Source: Lingula anatina
Taxonomy: Eukaryota > Animalia > Brachiopoda
DNA length: 64,000 nt
NCBI GenBank assembly: GCA_051362555.1
Contig: CM120641.1
Location: forward strand, 16,182,001 to 16,246,000
Direction of reading: 5' to 3'
A model generated the notes under the pieces. It was not told where the DNA came from. It saw nothing but the letters and a program-made list of their open reading frames with translations, and ran no database searches. A program made the translations under genes and the position numbers. Positions 12,201-26,200 of the stretch are shown one piece after another (within the stretch, counting starts at the first letter, position 1; every line of letters starts with the position of its first letter).

Positions 12201-15200
12201 TAGAGACCATGTCAAGAAAAAACACTCCAATTTCTTTGACGAGCACAGTAAAATGGTCTATCATACAGAATCAGACTTCAGCAATGTGCCATCTTCCAGA
12301 GCACGATACCCAAAACTAGGCCACCATTTTGAAGAGGACCCAGAACTTAGCGGGGAGGAAGATTTCATGGACCACGATTCATTCCAGTCAAGTGGGGATG
12401 AATATGTTCCTGACAAAGAGGAGATGAGAGATAGCTACCAGGATGAAGGAACAGAGGAGGATGACCTAATAGAGGATTTAGAAGGTGTTTGCTTATCTTA
12501 TAGTAAAAGACTTGGTTTCAGAAAAGCAAGGTGTGCAATAATGATAATTATCTGTTTTTTACTTATTTTCAGATAATCATGATATGTGTTCATATTCCTT
12601 AGTTGTTTACAAATTATTAAACATTTGTTTTCAAAGAAAAAGAAGACATTTCCAGAACACCTAGCGTCAGAAAACGAAAGACAAAGAAGAAAGCTGGGTT
12701 TAGAAAAGTGAAACGACCAAAATATAAAGAAACTTCTGAGGAAGAAAGTGAAGATTCAGCACCTGATGAGAGTAGTGTGTTTAAGGCTAAAAAGCAAAGG
12801 AAAACCAAAGATGATGGAGATGAAAGTTATTTTGCTAAAAGGCAAAAGTAAGTGTTATTAAAATATCGAACATTCCATTAAGCAATAACACTAAAGAGTT
12901 CAGAAGTTATTGCACCAGCAGTTTGCTTTAAAGTTGGCGATCTTTATTTTTTGTAGAAAAAGAAATTTGCTAGAATGATTAATAAGAACCTTAGAAAGGC
13001 AAAAGTGACCATTGAGGGTGAATTTCTTTTCATTAAAAAAATATTTAAAGTTGGTTCACATGGTTTCTGACATTTAAAAAATTATACATTTTCTGAGGTC
13101 CTGTGCCTCTGTTTGATTTCATCTCATTCAATATTCACAGGGAATGGAAAAAGAGTGAGCTCTTAAGGAAACAGCTCTTGCTTGAAGATGGAGTTAGTGA
13201 GGATGAAGATGGAATAGAGTTTGATGGAGGATTGAAAGTACCAGGGCAGATATGGAGCAAACTGTACAAGTAAGCAATAACATGAATTATTTGGAAAAAA
13301 ACAAAACAGGGTCGTGTTCACTACTTTCAAATGTAAACCTCAAGCAAGATTTTCCAAATATAAACTCAATTTCTGGACCAATCCTCTAATGGTCGTAGAT
13401 TTGAAGTAGCTGAAAAGTTGCAGATGAATCAAGTTTTCAACTTGAGTTATTTGGGTGTTGGCAGAATTTAGCCAGTTTAGGAGATTTTTTAAAATTATTT
13501 ATTCCAAAATTATAATTTATAAACAATCATTTACTGTTCTTTTCAGTGGATGTTTTCAGGATCCAGCACTTTATAAATTAGGATTAAAAATAAGATTATC
13601 TGGATGTATTATTTAGTATTTTAAATATGTAAGGCACATTTTTTCTGTTCAGAATAATTTATAATTTAGACATACGTTTTTTCTTTGCAGCTATCAGCGG
13701 ACTGGAGTGAGATGGCTCTGGGAGCTGCACTGCCAAGAGGCTGGGGGGATCATAGGGGATGAGATGGGCCTTGGGAAAACCATTCAAACTATTGCCTTTC
13801 TGGCTGCAATGAAGGAAAGTAAACTGAGGAGCAGATCATCCAGGTAAACAGAAATGTATTTAAGGTTTATGTTGCACTGCAAATAGTGAATGTTTACTTA
13901 ATTTGTATATAAAAGATCAAGCCCTTTCTGTACATACATGAGGTTAGTTGCTTTTGTGTTGATCTTGAGGTAGTTGCTGCCATTTTATTTTCCCCCAATG
14001 TAAGATGTCTATATATTCTGGAATCTGTATTTCATCAATTGGTTTATGATTGAAAAATGCTTCGTAAATTATTTGATTACTATAATTTCAAAACTATGAT
14101 ACATAGTACACCAAGCTCCAATCACCTACTCAGTTATGTGTTTTAATTCTATGGAAATTTGCTGGTTCTAGATATGTTGGTCTGGGTCCTCTGATCATTG
14201 TCTGCCCCACCACTGTGATGCACCAATGGCTGAAAGAGTTCCACAAATGGTGGCCACCCTTCAGAGTGGCCATTCTTCACTCTTCTGGCTCTTATACATC
14301 ATCAGAGGTAAAGTGGTGTTTTAATACAATTGTCAAAGAAGCACTCAATTCATATATTAAAGTATAATAGTTGCCATAACTTGCAAAGTTATGAAATTTC
14401 TTTGTGTTGATTTTTTATAGGTGGGATTTTCTGTTTCGATGTGAATGATGGCATGCAAAGTTCAAAATATTGTTATACTTGGTCTCACAAATGGCAAGAT
14501 TTAAGTCTTTTGTTTTCACTTTAAGAGAAAGCATGAACAGAGATGGATGCCTTTATCTTATAATAATAATTAGCTTTCCTTTTCTTTCAGGCAGAATTGA
14601 TAAGAGAGACAGTAAGACATAACGGTGTCCTGGTGACATCGTACAACAGCATGGTGATCCATCAGGAGAACATCCTCAAACATGACTGGCACTACGCTAT
14701 ACTGGATGAGGGACACAAGATCAGAAATCCAGATGCTCAGATAACCCTGGCATGCAAACAGGTGAATAAATCTCAGTCTAGAGGTTATGCCCATATTATT
14801 TAAATTCTAAAAATGTCAGCTAATGTGCACTAAATGAATGAAAATAAATGAATCTTGTTGTTCAATTTGATTTTTTCTTAACATAGACAATGTTAATTTT
14901 GCTTTCCATTTAAAAAATAAACCGCCCATCATTTAAACCAGAAAGTTTGTTTTCAAAAAGATTTTGTTTATTAATTAGGTAATATTTGATGCTTTAATGG
15001 TCAGCGCTGGTAGCACAAGCCTAATGCCAGTGAAACTGTAGCCAACCTGTAAAATGTTGTACTTTTGCTCAGCGACTGGTCACTTTTTGTGCTTAGGGCC
15101 AGTAAATTTTTATACCCAAATGTTTGAAAGGACAAGTAACCCATGAAGTTTTGGCAGCTGTTAAGTTATGTATATCATTTGTCATATTGATTCCAGATCC

Positions 15201-18200
15201 GCACTCCTCACAGAATCATCCTATCAGGCTCTCCAATGCAGAACAATCTCAAGGAACTGTGGTCTCTGTTTGACTTTGTGTTTCCAGGAAAGCTGGGTAC
15301 TCTACCTGATTTTATGGCACATTTCTCTGTGCCTATTGTACAGGGAGGATACTCCAATGCCTCCCAAATACAGGTAAGGCAGTGGGTAAGGCCATGTTAA
15401 CCTCTTGCTTTGATTAGACAGGGAAAAGTCATTATTTACAAAACAAGGCAACTTTGTATGGGATTTAGAATTATAAGGAATGTTATGGGCTCCTATATCA
15501 CCTGGTTATTGGGTGCAGCAGTCAATTTTTGGTGATATGCATTAGGATATAAAAAGTACCCATAGACTCTTAGGCCAATGTAAGGTCAAATGTCAAGTAA
15601 ATATTCAATGATGTATATGGTGTTCAGTTTTCTTTCAGTCTAAAGAAATATCTCAACTTTTAATATACAGAAAATTCCCGATTTATTGATCTAGTAATAG
15701 TTTGATATGTTTAAATGGAAACTTTCAACTGGATTTTATTGAGGTATTTGTTTTTATGAATCTTATGTTTGTATAGGTCCAGACTGCTTTCAAGTGTGCC
15801 TGTGCCCTGAGGGACACCATCAACCCATATCTGCTGAGAAGGATGAAGGCAGATGTCAAGATAAACTTACCAAACAAGAGTGAACAGGTGAGAAAGGGAC
15901 TTAATGTGTCCTGATTGTAATACTTTTACAACTTAAGATGTTGAAAAAACTAAGTAAAGCTGTGCTTATGGTTTACCAGAGGAATTTCTTTTATGAAAAC
16001 AAACTTCAAATCATACAGATTTTAAGTTAATCATTGGAGACTTTTTCAGCATAATTTGCAGAGTATAAGTAGAGAAATCCATGGTCCAGAATTAAAGACT
16101 TATGTGAAGTTAATTATGTTTGATGATCTATTTTTTTCTCCCTAGGTTTTATTCTGTAGACTTACTAGGGAACAGACTGAGGTGTATAAAGAGTATCTGG
16201 ACTCCAAGGAATGCCAGATGATCTTGTCTGGAAGGTTTATGGTGAGTGGCTCTATGACTGGGTTCCCATGCCTAGATCGATCCATCTGGGTCGACCTAAC
16301 TCCCTGGGGGTTCACGCTAAATTGCCATCAGCTTAAGAGGCTTAAATGTGTGTCACGCCTACCGAATCAGCTTGGGGGGGGGTGGGGGGAATTAACTTTC
16401 TTGCAAGCTCAGCCTCGCCTATAGCAGATAGCAATTTAGTGAGACTCCCTGTGGAGATAGATCGATCCAAATATCTGTGAGAATGGTCCCTTTGTCATCA
16501 TAGTAAGGAATGCTATTACAAAGAATAACAGATGAACTTGTCTGGAAATGAAAAATGTCATATTAAAATCATATTAACACAGAAGTATAATTTTTCATTT
16601 AATTAATATGAAACCTACATGCTGGTATAATATTTAGTATTAACTGTATCCTCACTGAAATATTAAATGTAAGACATACTGAAACTCATCATGTCCAGTT
16701 TATCTGTTCTTTTCCATTAGGTATTTCCAGGTCTGATTACACTCAGGAAAATCTGCAACCACCCAGATTTGTCCACAGGTGGACCTAAGATATTCAGACA
16801 TGACACGGTGGATGACTCTGACGAGTCCTTGGAGTATGGTTACTGGAAAAGATCTGGAAAGATGATTGTTGTCCAATCGTTGTTGAAGATTTGGAAGAAA
16901 CAGGGACAAAGAGTGTTATTATTTACACAGAGTAGACAGGTAATTATTATTATTATTATTTTTTTATTTTGGACGGACACCAGTTATATATTTTTTTAGT
17001 TATGTTTGTGTCTGTTCCATGACCTTATGTTATATGTAAAATTTTCATTTGATTCATACAATGGGGCTCTATGATAATTTGTCTCTCTTATATGTACAGG
17101 CATGCAAACACACACGCATTAACATTTTCCTCTCCAAACCAGTTTTTTTCAAGCATGTAATGCTCTTATAACTTTATTGAATCAGTACATTTTTCATTTA
17201 AAAAGTTACTATTCAATCATTAAATTATCAACATTTGTATTTTCTGACAAAAAATGGAAATAATAGAAGAGGTCAATTTTCAAATTACAGATGTTAGATG
17301 TTCTTGAAAAATTTGTCCAAAACCAAGGCTATAACTACTTAAGGATGGATGGAGGAACAGCTATAGGATCAAGGCAGCCACTAGTGGACTATTTCAATAA
17401 GGTAATAGGCCATAAGCATAACACTGTTCATTTTTAGTAAAATCTGTATAACAGTGCATTTATGTATGAGTTCAGTGTGATTTTATTACATTAAAATGTA
17501 TTCTTGAAGGGAAAGGTCAACATTTTATATCAAAATGGGATTGTACAATGTACATATTTATGATAGACTACTTGGCCATTTCATGCAGTGTTTTGATTAT
17601 TACTGAAGAGATAAGATGGGTCAAAAACAAGTGAGACATTAATCATGATTATTGAAACATTGATTATACAGTTTTTCAAGACTATAAGCAGAATATCATC
17701 ATTTCATAACTGAAACCTTTTCAAGACTTTCATTAAATTTTGCAGTAGATACCCACTTACATAACTTTGAACTAAAATAGCCTTTAATCAAGAGATTCAC
17801 CTTTATCCTAAGCCAGACAGGGGCCTACCTAAACTGTTTACTTATCTAATTGGTCTCATATAAAAATTTAAGTAATGTCAGAAAGGATATTTGAGATCAT
17901 ACTTCCTCTCATAATGTGGGTGAACATGCTCTAATTGGACTCATATAAAGACTCATTTTCAGATTGGATATTTTAATTTATTTCTCTTGATAGCAAGACA
18001 AAGCCAATTCCTCCTTCTTTGCTGGATGCAAATGATAGTTTTTCATGATAAGCTGTTGAATAGACTTAATGAATGAACTGGGATAATGCAATTAGAAATA
18101 TTTTTGGAATATAAGGAGTCCTGAAAATAGTTGAAATTTCGATCACTTCTTTCCCTAATGGATAGCTGTCTATCCAAAAAAATTTATCAAAATTTTGTTA

Positions 18201-21200
18201 AGAACACTTAAACTAGTTTAAAGGGATGCAAACAAACTGATAACTATACAGACCAGCACTGACAATTATCATGAATATTTTCAAAAAACAAAATCCATTC
18301 TATTCAAATGCATAAGTTTACGACAATGCTCACAAGATACCAGTAATGAAACTAGTACAAATAAGAAGAATAATATTCTAAAATTTATGATTAAAGAATG
18401 TCTCAAAAATATTTATCTTAATTTTTATCTTAATTTTAGAAGTTTATTACGTATTTGAACCTTAGTAACAGTCTGAGATCAGTGATTTATTTGACTCAGT
18501 AATTATTATTATTATAATTATAATAATAATATTATTATTTTAGTTTAGTTGAGTGTTTACAAATTGCAAAATTTTTCCATTTTTCTTTTTTTTTTATAAG
18601 CAAGAGAGTGCATTCTCAAGACATAGTCTGGTAGAGAAGAAATAAACCCCTTGTTTCATAATTACATCCACCAGAAGGATGTAGAATGAAACTATTTCTT
18701 GGAAAATGCACAAAAAGTGAGAGTGAACCCTATTAGAAGCACAGGAAAGTGCATATTGCAGTACTCATTATTACAGCTATTCATATTATAGTGATCATTA
18801 CAGCTATTCGTAATTACAGTCCTCATCATTACAGCTATTCATCTTTTAGTTCTCATTATTACAGCTATTCTTTTGCATCAGGTTCTTATTTTCATTTGCT
18901 ATTTTTAGTTTTTTATCTGAGATATTGGTATTTTTTTCCATATTTATTGTCTTGAAGTAATTGTGTGTGTGTGTCATTTCAAATTGATAGTGTGAAAATA
19001 AAATAAAAGAGAACATTTGGGATAACTTTGTCAATTTTTAATTGTTCATGGAGGTAATAGCTTCTAGATATATGTGTGTAAGGCGTAGCATATGCTTCCT
19101 GTCTAAGGTTTAAGGCTTGTTGCAGTTATATCATGTATTAATTTACTGCAAGGATGGCTTGAGCGGTGTTGGGGGGGGGGGGGGGGGCATATTTGTTATA
19201 AAAACAATTCCTTTTTTTACCATGACTAATTTCTCCAATTTTTAAATTCTTTTATCTCTTATTTACCTACCTTCTGAAGGTTTAAATTAACTGTGGCCCT
19301 GCTAATCATACTAGTGTGATTACAGAGGCTCAGGATTGTTATCTTCTCCTGTGCAGTGTGGATAGTGCAGGAGTGAACTGAAACAGCCTGGTAGCATAAT
19401 CCAGTATTATACATTTGATTTCAATGCATAACATGATATTTCAATATACCATGCACATTTAATGAATATTTAACTTTTTAAGTTTTGATTAAAAAGTATC
19501 TGCTCAAAGTTGAAACTTCTATCCAAATTCATTTTCCCCCCACAAAACAAGGGTTGGTGGTATAATAATATTTAATAATAATAATCAGATCAGGTCAGAT
19601 CACTCATCATGTTAAGACTATTAAACATATTTTACATTGCATTGTAATTGATATTGTAATTACAGGATATGTCCAAATTCCTGTTCCTGCTCACAACAAG
19701 GGTAGGTGGCCTTGGCATCAACCTGGTTGGGGCCAACAGGGTCCTGATATTTGACCCAGACTGGAACCCCAGCACAGATATACAGGCCCGGGAGAGAGCC
19801 TGGAGGATAGGACAGCAGAGGCAGGTCACAGTATACAGGTTGCTCACCTCAGGGACTATAGAGGAGAAGATATATCACAGGTTGGTCTGGTGAAATGTAG
19901 TAGTTAACTTAGAGGAGTGGTGGTAGAGGGGGCCAGGGTGGTATGAATGTGGAGGAACAGGTAGTGTATAAAGTGTGGGGTAAGAGAGGTACAGAATACA
20001 AATTACTAACCTCAAGGATCATGGGGAAGAGATATCACATTTTTGGGGTGCAGGGCTTACTGTTGGAGAGGGGGAGCTAAGTGATGAGTTAGTGGGAGTG
20101 TGTACACTCCCTATTTACATTGGGAACTGTCAAGTGAAAGATTCATCACGTTCAGGGGGGAATACAGAATATTGTGTTTAAAGAATTTTTAATAAAGATG
20201 GAAGTTTGGTAATTGAATTTCAGAAATTTGTTTTACTTTTTGATCACAGTTAATCTGGTGCCCTAATTTTTTTTAAGTTTTCAATAATTAACATTTGTCT
20301 TAAAATATTTATTTCATTTATTCTAAAGATTTCCATCTTTTACTACAGGCAAATCTTTAAGCAATTCCTGGCCAATAGGGTCCTGAAGGATCCAAAGCAA
20401 AGACGATTCTTCAAAAGCAATGATCTCTATGAACTTTTCACTCTTGGTAACGAGGACCACCAAGAGGGAACAGAAACTAGTGCCATCTTTGCTGGCACAG
20501 GGTCGGATGTCAAGGTTGTGGCCAAGAAGAAAGAAGATAAAGAAAAGAAAAATCACTTTGATGAAATGAAAATTAAGGAAGAAAAGAAAAAGCAAAATAA
20601 TCAAGGAATTAAGCTGAATGAGAAAAAGCTGGCTAAGATGAGAGAATTGGCCAGAAAATTGAGTAGGCAGATAGTGAGCAAAAGGGTAGACAATATGACA
20701 AGCCCTGAGACTTCTGTAAATGTAAACAAAGGTACTGAAATTATTGATGATGAAAAGGATGATTTATATGGCAAAGGACAGGATGAGGCCATGACCAGTG
20801 CAATAAGAGAATCTATGCAATCTGATAAGAATGAAGGAGCAACTTTATCAAGGGGGCTTGAGGAAGGTGAAGTGAATGGAGTAAAAGACAGAAAAACAGA
20901 CTATTGCAAAACCAAGGGAAAATCTGAGTATTCCAAAGAAGAACAGAAACATAATCAAAAGCAAAAACGCAAAAAGAAGCATAAAAAGAAGGATGCAGGT
21001 AAGACAGATTTTTACTATTATTTTCATACTCATGTTGGCAAAATTTGGTGAAGAGTTTATAGGGTAGTGAAAACCACCCTCCTTGTGAAATTGGAGGTAT
21101 AAAACATCCTGGCATTTCTTTCAATATCCTAAATAGTTTACAGATGTATAACCTCTTAATATGTCATTTGATGAGGTTGGTTTAGTTTATAAAATTCAAG

Positions 21201-23212
21201 TAAAGTAGATTCAGTGAAAGCTCACTGTTACATATAGTCAATTTTTAATATATATTCTTTCAGTGTTTGAAGGTAAAAGGGTAGCACACCTGGTTGGTAT
21301 GGACACTTATCAGCATGGAGGAGATAAGGCAACAGACACCGACCATAGACAGAAAGATGATTACGTACTGCAGAGGCTCTTCAAAAAATCAGGTTGGGTT
21401 TTTTTTCGTAATGTTAGACATGATTTTTTTTGTTTGTTTTTATGCTATAATCAGAAACCATACAGAATTTGCAGGTCCAAAATGTGCGCACATCACTCTG
21501 AAGGCACATGCGCGAATGAATGCAGGTGTGTGTGTGAATTTGAAAAACTTATTGTTTTAAACCTAGGGCATATAGTAAAAAGTGCATTTTTTGAAGGTAA
21601 GTCAACGTTTCTGTAGTTAAACATTTTTTCATTTTAATAAAATCTTGTAATATGTACCAACTTATTTATATGCATGTATATACAAAATTAGTTTAAAAAC
21701 AAATGATCTGTAAAAATTCAGTTTTTAATTAAATTTTTTTAAATACTTATAAGAATATACTGAACAAGACAAAGAAATATAAAAAATTCCAATTTACCAT
21801 CAAAACAGCAGTTATCAGAATATTCTATAATCTGCGCTTGCCAGCTAACCTGGTAGGCCTTCATAGATGGCTATCTTCCTTAATAATTTCTTAAAAGATT
21901 ATTACAAAAAAGAAACACTGTTTAAAGAAAACAAATCAACTAACTTTGAATGTTTGAACAGATTCATTAACCATTGTTAAGTATTGGAAAATCGTCGTTT
22001 ACCACAGAAAATTCGTTTTATGGCAATTTTCCTGCCAAAATGAAGAGCTGTTATCCCATTAAGTCAAGGTCGAAAATCCAGATTTCTTGCTATCGTCTCT
22101 ATCCACTTTGTATAATTGACATTGTTTTGTACCCTTGTTCATGCACACAACTTACAACATGTTTTTTTTTTTATTTAATTTTTGGTGTCGTATAGTGCCC
22201 AGTTCCAGAGTGATAATTGTGAGCAAACAGAGGTTTTAGTTGAGCATTGTGTCTTATGTATTCTACTCTCCTATGTTGGGGGTTGAAGGAAGGATAAAAG
22301 TTTAATTTTGGTAGTTTCTTTATGTGCATTATTTTCAGTGTCAGAATTGATCCAGACATACAATTGGTTGTTTGATGTGATGACCATTTAAACCATTAAA
22401 ACATTATACATTAACATTTCAACTATAACACAGACAATTAATAGTCATTTAACCACAAACTAACATATCCTGAAAGTTCTCTTATCCTCATAACTAGAAA
22501 ACTGGGCATTCAGCATAATTGGCTCTCAGTAGTAGTTATATGCTTTATAGCTGTTGTAAGTATAATTTAAAGGAACATTTGATTTACATAAAAGTTGAAA
22601 TCTGGTTATTAGTTCCATGAAATTGGACTTGTTCTTGAGGGCATACCTCCTAATGCATCCATTCTCCAAAATCTAATTCTCTTTCCAAACCATGTTTCTT
22701 TGTTTGACAAGAGCGATATTTTTTTAAATAGTCTAGTTCCCATTCTTCTGAACTTGTTGACTGATAATTTAAATAAACATGGTTTGGCTGAAATTAAGTT
22801 TAATTTAGTAGATGTTGCATTTGATGTTTGTTTCACACCTTAACCTACTTTAATTAGCAGATTCAAAGAATATCTCAATGCTTAATTTTCTAATTGAAGC
22901 AAAACTACTGCATCTGTTGCCAAGAGAGAAATTATCAATTACTTATACAATAACCTAAATTTTACCAGTCTTACCTCCCTTTGTTGGCAAAACTAATTAC
23001 CTTACTTTTTATTTAAGACTAGCGGAAGTCTGTATTCCCAGCCAAATTATTTAGCACATATATTAACAGACTGGCTGTTTTAAGTGCCACACCCGGAGTG
23101 TGGGCAAAACTGCAGCTTGGCTGAAATATAGTTTGTGGAGACATAACTAAGTACACACTTTTTCACCATAATATGCTTTGCACATGGCCAAATCTCTCTC
23201 TCACTCTAAGAC

Positions 23213-23243
<31 letters not shown>

Positions 23244-26200
23244 GTGTTTGTGTTTGTGTGTACAGACTGCAGATGCAGCAGAACAAATAGGTGTCTTTGC
23301 AGTTGAAGTCTAGATTTTTAGGAACAAAATGATTACTTGATGTAATCCACACAATTTTAATGCTTGATTGGATGCACTTACCAAGGATGTAATTGTGTAC
23401 CCTCTACAAGAGCCACAGATTAATTTTTCACTAGATATTCACAGATATGCCTCTGGTTAATTTCTTGCAATTTTCTGTACTTTGACCCAGTGATGGAAAA
23501 CAATGGTTACAGAGTTGGTCACTTTTTGCATAACTACTCAGACACTGCCACTACTGTGGGATGTACACTTTTGGCCACCTCCTTTAACATGTGACTTGTT
23601 TGCCAGACAGATAAGTGAAGACCCATTATGAAATTAGCATAAAGCACAGAATTACTGGCAGTGCAAAGACAAAAGGGTTTGCTCTCAGCCAAAATTATTG
23701 GTTTTTACTGCTCAGAAATCAGAATAGGTCCAGTGAGAAGAATGTGTAAAAAATTGATGTCATAACTCAGCTGGCCTTTGGGAGATAATAATACTTGATT
23801 GTGTATTCTGATTACCTGTGTCTGTTCGTATTGTAATGGTTTTACAGTTTAAAGTTCATTAGTAAAATCACTAGCCTTCTGTTTGTATTAAGCTGGTGTA
23901 TTGTTAGTAGCTGAACTCTTGGCTTGCGTTTGGAATGGCCTTGGGGTTAACCTTTTCAGGGGCAGATCCAGAGATATTTTCTGATAGTCTTTCAAATTAT
24001 CTTTCTTGATCCACCCTCCTTTTGTGACGGTCTTCCAACAGAAAAAAATAGATGCCTGTCAATGTAAACTTGAAAATTTTTGACCATCCTCTGGAAGACC
24101 CAGAAAATGGCCTCTATCTGTCCCTGCTTTTCACTTAATGGTCGAGTTTGAAGAGGCCAACCACTTTCCCTGCCTGTCATGAAGTGGGCATCAAGTATTG
24201 CAGTGAACAGTTAAAGGTCGCCCTCTTTTGAGAAAGTATTAATACAAGGCAGGTTCACAGATTCAGACAATATGTAAAGAGAAATGAATAGAAGTAGTTA
24301 TAAGTAAAGAGTAGTTAAGAATTAGCAGTCAACTAGAGGAAACTAAATTTGAGTTGTGCAGTTTTAAAAACCAAAGTAATCTGCACTGGTGGCAGCAATT
24401 TATAAAAATCCCTTTAAAAAATCCCACCAGAAAACCCCAACAGAGAATGCTACAGTATGGTTGCTTTAGCTGCTGGCCACACTGATGCTACCTGACACAT
24501 TTGTTCACACCATCCTGCCAAATCATGTTGATTGGATTATTATTTTTTTTATTATTATTATTATTAACTACTGCAGTTTTTTGTAAAATCCCATGGGCCT
24601 GAAGCCCTATAATTAAAAGATGGTGGTGATTATACTTTAAACCATTATGTAATACTGCATCAAATTTGACTAAACTGTCTTGTGCACTCACTGTAAAAAA
24701 GCAACCTTTCTGGAAAGAGTTCACATGCTTGTTACTTAATTACGTAGAGACTTTTTCCATGCAGGGCTTCATAGGATATCACCTGAAGCCTCTGATTGCC
24801 ACTACCATGTATCTTTTACAAATTAAAAATTGATCTAGAAATTTCAGTAAGTGTAATGGAGGCTGAGAAATAGACATGGAGAAAAAAACTTGCAGGGAGT
24901 CTTTCTGAAGAATGATCTTTCAAGAAAATTAAATGTCATTCTATCTTATCAGAAACATTTGTTCCAGAGTTGAGTATGAAATTAAGAAGCGCCCTGACAT
25001 TTAGATAGATATGGGATGCATTGAAGTTGAATGTCTCTGTCAGTTAATTGTCTGGGTTTTTTATTTATTGATTTATTTATTATTAATATAATTTTTGTAT
25101 AGTTGTATATAGATATATATTTCTTCTTGAAATAAAAAGATAAGGTTTCTATTTATAAAATGGAACTGGCAACAGCAGATAAAAAATAGAGGTAATTTTT
25201 TCCTTGTTATATATACTCCTATTTTTTCACGTGGCACTCCATGTGTTCATTTGAGCTCCAACTAACAGGGGGCTCTTGTATTTGCAGATACCAAACCATC
25301 CAAATATAATTACTATACTGACATTTTCTACTCTCACATTTGGGGACTTCTGTGTGAGATTCTTCTATCACCTATGCCAAGGAGGTTTTGTTTTTATTTC
25401 TCTTTATGTCTCCTCCATCTCAGTGTACCACAAACTTTTATAGTCTCATTCATAGCAAGAAAGAAGGTAACAAGGAATATTGTTTGTTCGTGATTTGGCC
25501 AAACCAGGCCGCTTTTATTATATAACCCCTCTATCCTAATCGTTTTAACAATAATAACAATGTAGCAAATTGTTGCCTGTATTAAATGTTATGGCCTTAG
25601 GGATAAAAATTATATATCAAATATTCAATGAGACTCATCATCCTAAAAATTATGATGCGACGACTCAGCAAAAGTTATTATTTACCAACAATTTTGCACA
25701 AATTTCATTTGTGGGGTTGCAAAGAGGCCCTTTGTCTGTCTGTCATTCTGTTTGTAAAAGTATAAACAAAATGGTAGTAAGACAATTTATCCTGGATGCT
25801 TTTTCTCAAGCATTTTAAATCCACCTACCTGTCTGTCAGAACACAATTGAGCTCTTACATTTTTTTTTTTTTTTTTTTTTTTGCATCTGTGTGAATTTTT
25901 TTTCTTTGCAAAAAGAAAAGTAATCTGTTTTTTGAAGACATTTTTCATGTATTAAACTAGAATCAAGTGGTTTAAATAGTCTTTGTCATTAAGAGAAATG
26001 GCCAGGCTGAAGTTTCTAGTAGACAACATCAGTAGAGCCAGAAAGAAAGGGAAGTTTAGCAGGTTTGGGCCAAGAACAGAGCACCGTGTTTGCTCCGTCA
26101 GTGAAAATGAAATGTCTAAAAATACAGAAAGAAACAACGGAGGTCACGATGACCATTCTTTCTGTATGCATACTTAATTCTATAACAAACTGCTAAAATC

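Noticed and set aside
12573-12636. Alternative stronger-looking acceptor (TTTTCAG at 12572) for ERCC6 exon 6
   Set aside because: It adds 64 nt and shifts the frame; the AAG acceptor at 12636 preserves it.
12848-13140. PiggyBac PGBD3 insertion or CSB-PGBD3 fusion as in primate ERCC6 intron 5
   Set aside because: The apparently equivalent intron (after [13 protein letters not shown]) is only 293 bp, with no transposase ORF or piggyBac termini.
16258-16490. Small MITE suggested by repeated AGATCGATCC near both ends
   Set aside because: The inverted match is short and imperfect, and no target duplication is evident.
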